The notes below the pieces were generated by a model that worked only from the letters and a program-made list of their open reading frames with translations, had not been told where the DNA came from and did no database searches. A stretch of DNA of 64,000 nt from Acinetobacter phage vB_AbaSt_W16, in the sequence record PP174317.1; one strand, 5' to 3'. The stretch's first letter is position 1; each line of letters starts with the position of its first letter. Of this stretch, positions 47,613 through 56,547 are shown one piece after another. The position numbers and the translations under genes were made by a program.

Positions 47613-48344
47613 ATGAACACTTCAATCAAAGACCAACAACCCTCAGCACAGGCTGAAGATAGCACACTTACACCTGAAAAAAATGGAAATGCTTCACATC
47701 GTAGCTCTCTACCAGTGTTTGATTTTATATTTGGCTTATTGAATATACTATTCAAGGATGGAGCAACAGGAAAACTTCTCGCATCTCGAGTAGCAGCCCT
47801 TTTTGCAGTGTTTATCATGATAATGATTTGGGTGAAAGCTGATGCTATAGGAAAATTATACGTAGAGGCGTCATATGAATCATATGCGCATGCATTGCAA
47901 GTAGAACGTAACAAAAGATTTGATTTAACTATACAAGAACAAATCCAAAGCGTTCATGTCGCAACGGGTTCTGATTTTTCTGGTGTTTACGTATTTCGTC
48001 CAAAAAATTTAAATTATTTTGTTGACTTAGAAGTATATGAAGGGAAAATACCAGAATCGGTCGATCCTAAAAATTTAGGTGGATTTCCTGTAGATAAAAC
48101 ATCTAATGAATATATGGCACATCTTGCCGGTCGATCATTTGATTCTGAGACTGAATTTGCATATTTACCTAGTACAGAAGATAATAAAGGCCTTGCATAC
48201 ATGTATTCGTGTCCATATTTTAATTTGGATAATATCTATTCTGGTTCTGTTGCGATGTACTGGTATGGTAAACCCCATATAACAAAAAAGCGACTTGAAT
48301 CAATTTGTAATCAAGCCGCTCGTGCGATAGGTAGAACTCGTTAA
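47613..48344 (+). CDS. t: Holin T, the lysis timing protein.
   Basis: Collinear with T4 T holin (218 aa): a single N-terminal transmembrane helix, FRPKNLNYFVD, YMYSCPYFNLDNIY and LESICNQAARAIGR. Confidence 0.92.
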   Translation: MNTSIKDQQPSAQAEDSTLTPEKNGNASHRSSLPVFDFIFGLLNILFKDGATGKLLASRVAALFAVFIMIMIWVKADAIGKLYVEASYESYAHALQVERNKRFDLTIQEQIQSVHVATGSDFSGVYVFRPKNLNYFVDLEVYEGKIPESVDPKNLGGFPVDKTSNEYMAHLAGRSFDSETEFAYLPSTEDNKGLAYMYSCPYFNLDNIYSGSVAMYWYGKPHITKKRLESICNQAARAIGRTR

Positions 48345-48619
48345 GCTAACTTAGCCGAGTTCATTACCATTGTTAATTTTCTATAAATCGGTTCATGACC
48401 AGAAAGAAATTCTTCGATAAGAGCTTCTTTCTGACGATTTGTAATATCTTGAGTTAAATTCCAAAGTGACGTAGCAGTCACTTTTTTATTACCAATAGTA
48501 ATCCCAAGTTCATTTAAGAATGCAATGAATAACGCTTTATTTTCTAAAATATCATCATGACCAAATTTAATTAAGATTGATGCTACTGCGATAATTTCTT
48601 GTAAAGTTTCAAACAACAT
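48341..48619 (-). CDS. asiA: Anti-sigma-70 factor AsiA. The start is set to the internal Met; the track ORF extends to 48661.
   Basis: EIIAVASILIKF, ENKALFIAFLNE and the LIEEF pattern align with T4 AsiA (90 aa). Confidence 0.85.
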   Translation of the reverse strand: MLFETLQEIIAVASILIKFGHDDILENKALFIAFLNELGITIGNKKVTATSLWNLTQDITNRQKEALIEEFLSGHEPIYRKLTMVMNSAKLA

Positions 48620-48632
48620 GATATTTCTCCAA

Positions 48633-49256
48633 TTAAGCTTTAATATATTTGATAACGGCATTTACTAAAATTTCAAGATTTTCCATTGTGCGTGGTAAAT
48701 CCATATAGGTTACGGTTGGAGTTACTTTATGAACTACCATACCGATAGTTTTAAAATATTCAACTTGACCCTCTTCAGGTTTACGAATACTAATTCGTAA
48801 TAAGTCTGCATTGCGGATTTCAATACTTGCAATACCCTTTAAACGCTTTGTGAAATGTACAAATAAATTACTACGATCTTCTGTATAATCAGGTTTCGTA
48901 TCAATATTATTTTCTAACATTGCAAATGTGCGTGATACCATTTCTAACATTTCATCATTAATTTTTCGCTTAACTGTACCACGTTGTTTAATGTTTAAAT
49001 CAATATTTTCGCCTTTAATCCACAATTCTGCTGCAAGTTCAATTAATTCTTGACCTTCAGGTGAGATTGTAATTTTATCTGCAGACTCATTAATATAACC
49101 ATATTCAATTAATTGATCTATAATAACCGGAACAAATTCAATACGTTTAACGTATGTTTTATTGTAAAGATCTTCTAACAATTCAAGACCTTCAGACCAA
49201 GGCGTTTGTTTATGAAGTTGTTCAGCGGCTAATTGATAATATTCAATCTTATTCAT
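48633..49256 (-). CDS. motA: Probable MotA, the middle-promoter transcription activator.
   Basis: 207 aa against 211 aa in T4, and the gene order asiA-motA-52 is conserved. The sequence similarity I can recall is only modest. Confidence 0.55.
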   Translation of the reverse strand: MNKIEYYQLAAEQLHKQTPWSEGLELLEDLYNKTYVKRIEFVPVIIDQLIEYGYINESADKITISPEGQELIELAAELWIKGENIDLNIKQRGTVKRKINDEMLEMVSRTFAMLENNIDTKPDYTEDRSNLFVHFTKRLKGIASIEIRNADLLRISIRKPEEGQVEYFKTIGMVVHKVTPTVTYMDLPRTMENLEILVNAVIKYIKA

Positions 49257-49320
49257 AATTTAAAATAACTCACATTTCATTTGTTAAGGGTATATTAACA
49301 ATTATCCCTTATTTTGTACA

Positions 49321-49347
49321 ATTAAGAGGGGCCATTTTAGGCCCCTT
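49321..49347. terminator. Hairpin gaggggccattttaggcccctt followed by a T-run, downstream of gene 52.
   Basis: Inverted repeat, seen directly. Confidence 0.6.
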
Positions 49348-49352
49348 TTTAA

Positions 49353-50699
49353 TCAAACGAGGCGTTCTAATGCATCAAGGTCTAATTTATATTCAGTTTG
49401 AGCAGTTGTGGTCTGCCAATACTCTAAATCTTTTTTAGCTTCATGTGCACGAGCTTTTAAGTTTTCAATTTCATCATCTGTCATATGATAGATGTTCATT
49501 GATACTAATTGATCTTCAAAACCAACAAACGGCTGATAAGTAGACAATTCGTCCTTAAGGGCCGCTTTAGTTTTACCCTTAATAACAATATTTCCACTAT
49601 TAACTTCTTTAATGAAAAGTGCTTTTGCCAATGCAAGTTTAAAAGTATGTTCACTTTTAACTTTCATATAGTCAATACGTTTATCAACATATGTTAAGCG
49701 AGCTTTAACAAATGCATTAATTAGTTCCGATGCATTTTCAAATTTATCGTTTAAGCGACCTTTATCATCAATAACTACAATATTTTGTGAGACCTTTTCA
49801 ATTAATTTAAAGTCTGACATAATTTTTGCATGTTTTGCTGCTTCGTCTTCTGGGAATCGATAATCTTTACGGAATTTAATTTTAAATCCAAATCCTGCTT
49901 TAGAGCAGTCATCTTCGTATGTAATTAAGCCTTTATCTTCAAGATCATCTAAAACCTTTTCAACATATTTTGCACGATCAAATGAATATGGAATTTCCGT
50001 AATATGCATTTGGGTTCGAGATGTAAAAGTGTATTTTCCATGCAATTCATATTTGCCCGGCTCATCAAGTTTAATCACTTCTCCTTTAAATTGAGGGAAT
50101 GACACTAATGGTTCTTTGTCAAGCTTACCCTCAAGCGCCAATCGAGTACATTCTAATACACTTGCAAAACTATGAGGTAAAATATTTGTTGCATATCCTG
50201 TAGCAATACCCTTAACACCATTTAATAATACTGTAGGTACTACCGGCAAATAAAAACGAGGAGGTAAATGCTCTTCATCTGGATGCTTCGGTGCAATTTC
50301 AATATCTTTATAAACCTTTCTAAAGTTTTCAGAGATACGACAAAATACATAACGAGATGCAGCAGCTTCTTGTACAAGACGCGAACCAAAGTTACCTTGA
50401 CCGTCTAAGAATGGCAAATTATTATTCCAAGTATTTGCCATTAATGCCCCTGCTTCTTGTGCGGATACTTCACCATGATGGTATCCAGCATCGGCCACGC
50501 CGCCTGCAACAGACGCTAATTTATGAAATTTTGCATGATTGCCTTTAGACATTTCTAAAGCACGATAAATCATAAAACGTTGAACGGGTTTAAACCCATC
50601 CATCATATTAGGAATTGCACGGTTTTCAACTGTATATAAAGCATACCCTTTAGCTTCATTATTAATAATATCAACTAAATCACGATTGATATTCTGCAT
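49353..50699 (-). CDS. 52: Topoisomerase II medium subunit gp52 (GyrA-like).
   Basis: Collinear with T4 gp52 (442 aa). Matching segments include VENRAIPNMMDGFKPVQRF, LASVAGGVADAGYHHGE, and the FRKDY box with its active-site Tyr. Confidence 0.93.
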   Translation of the reverse strand: MQNINRDLVDIINNEAKGYALYTVENRAIPNMMDGFKPVQRFMIYRALEMSKGNHAKFHKLASVAGGVADAGYHHGEVSAQEAGALMANTWNNNLPFLDGQGNFGSRLVQEAAASRYVFCRISENFRKVYKDIEIAPKHPDEEHLPPRFYLPVVPTVLLNGVKGIATGYATNILPHSFASVLECTRLALEGKLDKEPLVSFPQFKGEVIKLDEPGKYELHGKYTFTSRTQMHITEIPYSFDRAKYVEKVLDDLEDKGLITYEDDCSKAGFGFKIKFRKDYRFPEDEAAKHAKIMSDFKLIEKVSQNIVVIDDKGRLNDKFENASELINAFVKARLTYVDKRIDYMKVKSEHTFKLALAKALFIKEVNSGNIVIKGKTKAALKDELSTYQPFVGFEDQLVSMNIYHMTDDEIENLKARAHEAKKDLEYWQTTTAQTEYKLDLDALERLV

Positions 50700-50732
50700 A
50701 TTAACTCCTCTATAATTTTAAATACACAATTA

Positions 50733-50924
50733 TTACTTAATTAATTTAAAACAAATAATAATTGTAATAACTGAAGTGATTGCGAGTTTAACCAAATAAA
50801 TTGGGTCACTAAAATTAACAACTTGCATTGTTTTATGTATAGTAGCATATACAAACAATAACACTAAAGCTAAAAGTTGATTAGTACTCATTTGACATAT
50901 ACCCCTTAGTATTTTTGTGCCCAA
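50733..50924 (-). CDS. Hypothetical small membrane protein.
   Basis: 63 aa with two hydrophobic segments. It lies in the T4 ac/52.1/stp region. Confidence 0.35.
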   Translation of the reverse strand: MGTKILRGICQMSTNQLLALVLLFVYATIHKTMQVVNFSDPIYLVKLAITSVITIIICFKLIK

Positions 50925-51385
50925 AATTTAAAGTTATCATTTAACATACGATTCTGTTCTTCCAAATTTTGGAAATCATCAGAGTATTGCGCTGTAAATG
51001 CCAAAGCAAGTTTACCTTTACCAAACCCATTTGTTAAAACTTTTAATTTATCAAGACTTACAAAATAAATGTCAAATGCTTCAAGTGTAGAACATAATGC
51101 CTCACCGGTTTTTGTACGTCGACGACGAATTTGTGAAACAATATTACGAAGACCCGATTTTGTGCGTTGACGTCCTACATAAAAACGAGCGTATACTTCA
51201 CCTCGCTTAACATGTACAAAGAAATAAAACCCTGGAGCATTTAAATTTGACACTGGCGGTTCATCGGTAAAAGGCTCATATAAATTACCTTTAGCCGTTA
51301 AACGCGCGATATGTTGTGCCTTTGCCAATTTTAAATCTTTTAGATACATGTGGCTACGAGTTGTGTTCAATTTCGATTTTTTCAT
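50906..51385 (-). CDS. Hypothetical basic protein with a degenerate GIY-YIG-like motif. It may be a Seg-like homing endonuclease remnant.
   Basis: The segment PGFYFFVHVKRGEVYARFYVGRQ resembles GIY...(10)...YIG, and an Arg-rich stretch follows. Confidence 0.35.
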   Translation of the reverse strand: MKKSKLNTTRSHMYLKDLKLAKAQHIARLTAKGNLYEPFTDEPPVSNLNAPGFYFFVHVKRGEVYARFYVGRQRTKSGLRNIVSQIRRRRTKTGEALCSTLEAFDIYFVSLDKLKVLTNGFGKGKLALAFTAQYSDDFQNLEEQNRMLNDNFKFWAQKY

Positions 51386-51433
51386 ATCATTAACCTTTGT
51401 TTGATGATGAGATTATTTTAACACCATTTAATA

Positions 51434-52057
51434 TTAATGTAAACCCTTATAAAAGAAATAATTTGAATTATTTTCAGAGGGTCGTTGCCTATCATTAATA
51501 TAATATCCGGTAAAATTGGATTTTTGAACAACTTCTTTTAAGCCTTCTTGATTTGCAATTAAAAAGGGTTCAAATGTCCATACACTTCTATGCAATTCTG
51601 TTGTTTTAAAAATAACAATTATATCTGGAATACCTGTAGTTAAAAATGGTTTTATATTAAGGCCAGTTGACCCAGGATATAAACCAGATTGGCCTGTATT
51701 TACGGATACCCATTTAGCACCAGATTGTTGTGTTTTAACTTCAATTCTCATACCGTAATATTCGGGTCCTGCTAACACATCAAATGCATACGTCCATGGA
51801 TCATTAATATTAACGTTCTCATCATTAATGCAATGTCCTTTCATGTGTTGTGCGATATATTGTTCAGCAAGCTGTGCAATAACACATCTTTGTAAAACAG
51901 ATTCAGTATCAGTTTCACCATTATATTCTAGGGCATGTTTGGTTGTATCAATAACCTTTTGTTTAGATTCAGGTGTTAGATCGCTAACGCCTAATGTAAT
52001 AGGTTTTAATGTAGTTAAATGTATCCACGCCTTATTTTCTTGCATCTTTATCTCCAA
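51434..52057 (-). CDS. Hypothetical protein in the T4 denB (endonuclease IV) position, immediately downstream of rIIB.
   Basis: 207-aa ORF. Synteny only. Confidence 0.4.
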   Translation of the reverse strand: MEIKMQENKAWIHLTTLKPITLGVSDLTPESKQKVIDTTKHALEYNGETDTESVLQRCVIAQLAEQYIAQHMKGHCINDENVNINDPWTYAFDVLAGPEYYGMRIEVKTQQSGAKWVSVNTGQSGLYPGSTGLNIKPFLTTGIPDIIVIFKTTELHRSVWTFEPFLIANQEGLKEVVQKSNFTGYYINDRQRPSENNSNYFFYKGLH

Positions 52058-52082
52058 TGAAAAAGGGCCCGAAGGCCCCTTT
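52058..52082. terminator. Hairpin aaaagggcccgaaggcccctttat.
   Basis: Inverted repeat, seen directly. Confidence 0.55.
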
Positions 52083-52088
52083 ATTTAA

Positions 52089-53426
52089 TTACATTTTAAC
52101 TTCATCTAATACAGTATATTCGCAGGTTCTCATCTTGGCGTTAGAATAATCTACTGGAATAGATACAACATCTTTTGGATGTACTTTAACACGTACAACT
52201 TTATTACCAGGTGTAGTACCATAATGATCCAAATAAGATTTTGAACATACATGTAGACCAGCTGAGCATGTTTGGTTATCATCTGAATTAACTAGGCCAC
52301 GCACCATTTTTAAGGTTTTACCCGGAGAGTTATCCATTGTACCAGTAAAGATATCCAAGAAATCTGAACGAACTTTCTTCCATGCAATAAAATGGCCATC
52401 TGCAGTAATTTCAATGTCATTGGCTTGTAAAAAGTCAAATAAACGCTCAATTGCGACATCGCTTGGGTTAAGCATTAAATTCTCTAAGAATGGCAAGAAG
52501 AACTCAAAATCTTCTCCTTTATTCATAGCTTCAATAATGCGACGGGTTAAACCTGATTTAATTTCAACGCCTTGATAAAATAATTGACCATTAGTAATAG
52601 TTACATTATTTTTAACATATTTTGAAACTGCATGCTCAATATTAAGAAGTTGAATAGCTTTATCAAATTCTTTTGCCACCAAAGCTTCAATTGCTTGTTT
52701 AAAATTCGGATGGCTAGAGTCAGCATTAATAGTCTTGCGACCTTCTGTAATGCTAATAAACTTATTTGATGCGGACCAAACAGGTTCAGCTTTATGCTCT
52801 TCTTTTTGTGCTTTTGCAATAGCTTGATTTGTACCCTCAATAATTGCTGCACTAAAATCTGGGCGTGCTTCAAGCTGCGCCTTTTCAATTTGCTTTTTGC
52901 TAAAATATTTGTGTAGCGTAATATGGTCTCGAATCCAAGTAGTATCTTGGCCATTATTTTCAAACTTATTACTCGGGTCATATACTACAGGTGTTTCGCC
53001 GTCATAGTCGTGAGTACGAACCACAATTTTTCCAATACGGAATTTACGCAGAACACCCATATCATGTTCATTGAAGAACCAATCACCAAAACCTTCTTTT
53101 GGATCAACGTCGTCTTCGGTTTCATCAGTAATATAAACGTCTTCACAAACAATTACACCATCCAATGGATTACCTGTAACTTCAAATGATTTTACAATAA
53201 AATCATCACGAACTTGTAAAATTGTTCCTGGCCAAGCAAGTTGTGCCACACCGTCTTTAATTTTAAACAATTTCAATGTAGCTTCAGAGCGCGGAGTTTT
53301 TAATGCACGAGTGATTGTATCAACATGGACACCAAAATCACGAGCAATTGAAACTTTAGATTGACCTGACAAGAATGCAATAATTACCGCATTAATATCT
53401 GCAATTGATAATTTACTATTTCGCAT
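52089..53426 (-). CDS. rIIB: rIIB, membrane-associated rapid-lysis/exclusion protein B.
   Basis: The C-terminal two thirds align with T4 rIIB: GEDFEFFLPFLENL, RLFDFLQANDIEIT, SAGLHVCSKSY, VKVHPKDVVSIPVDYSNAKMRTCEY. 445 aa against 312 aa in T4, with an enlarged central region. Confidence 0.88.
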   Translation of the reverse strand: MRNSKLSIADINAVIIAFLSGQSKVSIARDFGVHVDTITRALKTPRSEATLKLFKIKDGVAQLAWPGTILQVRDDFIVKSFEVTGNPLDGVIVCEDVYITDETEDDVDPKEGFGDWFFNEHDMGVLRKFRIGKIVVRTHDYDGETPVVYDPSNKFENNGQDTTWIRDHITLHKYFSKKQIEKAQLEARPDFSAAIIEGTNQAIAKAQKEEHKAEPVWSASNKFISITEGRKTINADSSHPNFKQAIEALVAKEFDKAIQLLNIEHAVSKYVKNNVTITNGQLFYQGVEIKSGLTRRIIEAMNKGEDFEFFLPFLENLMLNPSDVAIERLFDFLQANDIEITADGHFIAWKKVRSDFLDIFTGTMDNSPGKTLKMVRGLVNSDDNQTCSAGLHVCSKSYLDHYGTTPGNKVVRVKVHPKDVVSIPVDYSNAKMRTCEYTVLDEVKM

Positions 53427-53535
53427 GACGACTTCCTATAAAAAGAGTTGTATAAAATTCAATAAATGGCCAGACTAACACGCCAATGCCTGTTAGTCCG
53501 AGTGTTACTGCAACATATATTTCAATAATACTCAT
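53416..53535 (-). CDS. Micro-ORF (~39 aa, hydrophobic) overlapping the rIIA stop (TAATG) and the rIIB start. Coordinates are approximate.
   Basis: Hand-translated: MSIIEIYVAVTLGLTGIGVLVWPFIEFYTTLFIG... It is below the track cutoff. Confidence 0.3.
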   Translation of the reverse strand: MSIIEIYVAVTLGLTGIGVLVWPFIEFYTTLFIGSRHAK

Positions 53536-55739
53536 TAAGTACCCAATAGTTTAACGATGTCATTTATCATATGATCATCGAGTGAATATTTGTTATCCAA
53601 AACATAATATATTGTAGGGTGTTTTTCGCGGAAAGCGAGTAACTTTTTCTTATATGCATTTTCAGCCGCAATATGTCTTTCATTATATAAAACAATTGCG
53701 TCATTTAATCCTGGATAAGAAGACCCTCCAATTATACGAATATCTCTAACCTTTTTAAATAACCGATGCATTTCAACAGCTTCTTCACTGCGTGGAGCAG
53801 TTAATAAAGGTATAATAGATTTCACCAATTTTTCACTGCTTAACACATTTTGAATAAATGTTGATGTATTACTAAAAGAATATTTGCTTTCTGGAAAATC
53901 AGTTAGTAATTTAATCACAAGATCACACATATCTTTGAATGCGCAAATTAAATTACTATTAGCAGATACTCGTTTATAAATTGATGGTCGAACCAAATAC
54001 AATTTAGTAATACCTTGCTTCGCTAATATATCTCGTACGGTATATTGACTGAGATTATTAATCGTACTAAAATTAAATGATTTTGCTGAAACATTATCGC
54101 GATAAAGACCCAACACATAACCATTTAATTCTTTAATTTCATTACTAGTCAAATACAATAATTTAGTATCCCAAGATTTACGTTTTTCATTGTACTCCAT
54201 AACTTCCGCATTTGGAGATGCAGGTCGTTTTTCAGCCGGTGCAGTACGAGGTTTTTTAACGCCATATCCTGGAACTAATTTGCGAATATCTTCCATTTCA
54301 CTTGATTTATACACATGTACAATATCATCGCCCATTACCGACTTAATTTCATTAATAACATTAAGACCGGATGGTGAATTTTGCACCACTAATACATGAT
54401 CGTATTCTCTTAAAGCATCATCTTCTGTTGAATGACATAAACCTTTAATGGCAGCACGAGTTTTATGCATTGTTGTATCGCATATAATAATCCATGCCCG
54501 GCGTTTTGTATAGGTATAAATTCGATCTACTGATGTTTCAGATACCTTTAAACGACGATATGAACTTGGCTCTACCAATTTACGCACCTTTGGTGAGTAC
54601 TTATCGGCTATATAAACGGTTGAATGATTTACAATTGCTTCGCGTAAATGAGGCATCTCAACTGATTTATTCAATTCTTTAATTGTCATGCCTAAAAATT
54701 TGATGCCTTTAGACTCAAGAATTGAATATTGTGAACCTGGTAAATTATGCAACTTACGTAAAAGTTCACGACGATTTGTGATCTTTTGCAAAGAAGCAAT
54801 ATCTGCAGCCATTTGTTGCTCATTTAATGTGTTAACACGTGTTCGCACATTTTTAAGAGTTCGTTCGTCAAATTGCAGTTCCTCTCGTGAAGGCTGCGGC
54901 ATTAATTCACCTGATGCAAAGTGAATATATGTGACGTCACTTTTTGTGCGTAACCAAGATGCATCAACGCCATCGACACCATTTAATGGATATACAATTG
55001 AGCCATAAATTGCATATACACCATTCGGTTCAACACTCATACGTTTATTTTCAATAATATGGCATTGACGAGTTGCAAACCAATCATCATTATAACCACG
55101 TAAATCATATAAAGATAATATATCCAGATTTACGCCTAAAACCTGATACGCCGATTTTGGGAATGGTCGTAAAATACGAACAAGTTCATTATGCCATTTG
55201 GGAATATCATCAATTTTACAAGGTACAGTTACTTCAATACCATCTTTATCCCCTTCTTCATATGGTCCAGAATAAACTTTAACCAATTGAGGTTCGCCGC
55301 CAGATAACATTGCATTATAAATTGTACAAATTCCAGCATGATATGACGCCACAGTAAAGGTATCTGTGTATGAGAATGGAGATTTTGCACCCAGTCCAAA
55401 TGCACCCGTTTGTCTATCACAATCTGCTTTAGTTGATGCAAAGTATTGCGTGTAAATAGTGGTCATGTCTTCTTCATCTAGACCTGGACCAAAATCACGT
55501 ACTACAAATCGAGGATCAAGCTCATTTGGTGCTTTAATTATAAAAGGTGTATCTTGATTATTTGCAATAATATGAGCATCATTTGCATTGCAAATAACTT
55601 CACGCACAACAGCACGAATTTTATGTTTATAGATACCACTTGACAAAATTTGGAATGCTTTTGCATTTGCCGCAATAGTAAAACTTTGTGCTTTACCTGC
55701 ATTACCCAAAATAACTTCTTGTTCAACATGCATTTTCAT
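53535..55739 (-). CDS. rIIA: rIIA, membrane-associated rapid-lysis/exclusion protein A.
   Basis: Collinear with T4 rIIA (725 aa). The N-terminal GHKL-type ATPase-like region matches (EQEVILGNAGKAQSFTIAANAKAFQILSSGIYKHKIRAVVREVICN, RDFGPG), along with GLGAKSPFSYTDTF and GVYAIYGSIVYPLNGV. Confidence 0.93.
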   Translation of the reverse strand: MKMHVEQEVILGNAGKAQSFTIAANAKAFQILSSGIYKHKIRAVVREVICNANDAHIIANNQDTPFIIKAPNELDPRFVVRDFGPGLDEEDMTTIYTQYFASTKADCDRQTGAFGLGAKSPFSYTDTFTVASYHAGICTIYNAMLSGGEPQLVKVYSGPYEEGDKDGIEVTVPCKIDDIPKWHNELVRILRPFPKSAYQVLGVNLDILSLYDLRGYNDDWFATRQCHIIENKRMSVEPNGVYAIYGSIVYPLNGVDGVDASWLRTKSDVTYIHFASGELMPQPSREELQFDERTLKNVRTRVNTLNEQQMAADIASLQKITNRRELLRKLHNLPGSQYSILESKGIKFLGMTIKELNKSVEMPHLREAIVNHSTVYIADKYSPKVRKLVEPSSYRRLKVSETSVDRIYTYTKRRAWIIICDTTMHKTRAAIKGLCHSTEDDALREYDHVLVVQNSPSGLNVINEIKSVMGDDIVHVYKSSEMEDIRKLVPGYGVKKPRTAPAEKRPASPNAEVMEYNEKRKSWDTKLLYLTSNEIKELNGYVLGLYRDNVSAKSFNFSTINNLSQYTVRDILAKQGITKLYLVRPSIYKRVSANSNLICAFKDMCDLVIKLLTDFPESKYSFSNTSTFIQNVLSSEKLVKSIIPLLTAPRSEEAVEMHRLFKKVRDIRIIGGSSYPGLNDAIVLYNERHIAAENAYKKKLLAFREKHPTIYYVLDNKYSLDDHMINDIVKLLGT

Positions 55740-55749
55740 ATTAAAATTC

Positions 55750-55893
55750 TCATTGAATACTATCTAAGTACAACATATACAATATCATAAGTTGTTTGAT
55801 TTGTACAATCTTTAAGTCCTGCATTTGATTTGGATCAAGAAATGTATTCAATTCTTGATCCAATGCAATTTCATAATCTGTATATGTTTTCAT
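55750..55893 (-). CDS. Micro-ORF (~47 aa) coupled by TAATG to the upstream 68-aa gene and ending 10 nt before rIIA.
   Basis: Hand-translated; it is below the track cutoff. Confidence 0.3.
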   Translation of the reverse strand: MKTYTDYEIALDQELNTFLDPNQMQDLKIVQIKQLMILYMLYLDSIQ

Positions 55894-56099
55894 TACAAAC
55901 CATGGCGTTTAAGTAATTCAATTGCTTTACGTTCATCTTCTTCGGATGCAACGCCTGCTTCTAAACGAGCCGCCATTTCCAGGTTTAAATTACGTTCAAT
56001 TGCGGCTTCATGTACATCAAAAAAACGTTCAGTTGAATGATGTTGTCGTTTAATAGCTTCAGCAAGATTTTTTTTATTAATTACAGGTGGACAAATCAT
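55893..56099 (-). CDS. Hypothetical small helical protein.
   Basis: 68-aa ORF. Confidence 0.4.
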   Translation of the reverse strand: MICPPVINKKNLAEAIKRQHHSTERFFDVHEAAIERNLNLEMAARLEAGVASEEDERKAIELLKRHGL

Positions 56100-56111
56100 T
56101 TCAATTTCCTC

Positions 56112-56438
56112 TTACATTGCAAGTAAAGTTACAGTAGCTTTACCATTTTCAAATTTAGATACTTCCATAATGAACTGTTCGCCGATGATTGATTTACATT
56201 CATATAAACCTTCACCTTTACGGATGTAGTTTACATTCCAGAATGCAATCATTGTATCATATTCTTCTTTAGAAGTTACATTAATTACAAAAGTAGACAT
56301 ACCTTTCTTATTAAAAACTTTCCAATCAATCTCACCAATTTTACCTTCCATTTTGTTTAAAGTGAAAGATACATCAGAAAGAATAATGTTAGTCATTTTA
56401 ATTTGAAAACGTTCTGCTTTTTTAGTTAATGTAGCCAT
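56112..56438 (-). CDS. Hypothetical protein.
   Basis: 108-aa ORF. Confidence 0.45.
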   Translation of the reverse strand: MATLTKKAERFQIKMTNIILSDVSFTLNKMEGKIGEIDWKVFNKKGMSTFVINVTSKEEYDTMIAFWNVNYIRKGEGLYECKSIIGEQFIMEVSKFENGKATVTLLAM

Positions 56439-56518
56439 GATAATTTACTCAGTGTTTGTTCATTTGATGTAGTTATTATATAAGAATTTAATAAGCATGT
56501 AAACCCTTTAAATGAAAA

Positions 56519-56547
56519 AAGGTGCAAATAATGCACCTTTTTATTAA
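56519..56547. terminator. Hairpin aaaaaggtgcaaataatgcaccttttt.
   Basis: Inverted repeat with T-run between the 209-aa and 108-aa genes. Confidence 0.6.

Noticed and set aside
47597-47914. 105-aa minus-strand ORF over the holin gene.
   Set aside because: It is antisense to t and begins inside the gene 37 terminator.
52601-53189. Alternative-frame ORFs inside rIIB.
   Set aside because: They are embedded in rIIB, Lys/Leu-rich as expected from the AT-rich antisense or alternative frame.
54190-55441. Several plus- and minus-strand ORFs of 62-78 aa inside rIIA.
   Set aside because: They are embedded in or antisense to rIIA.
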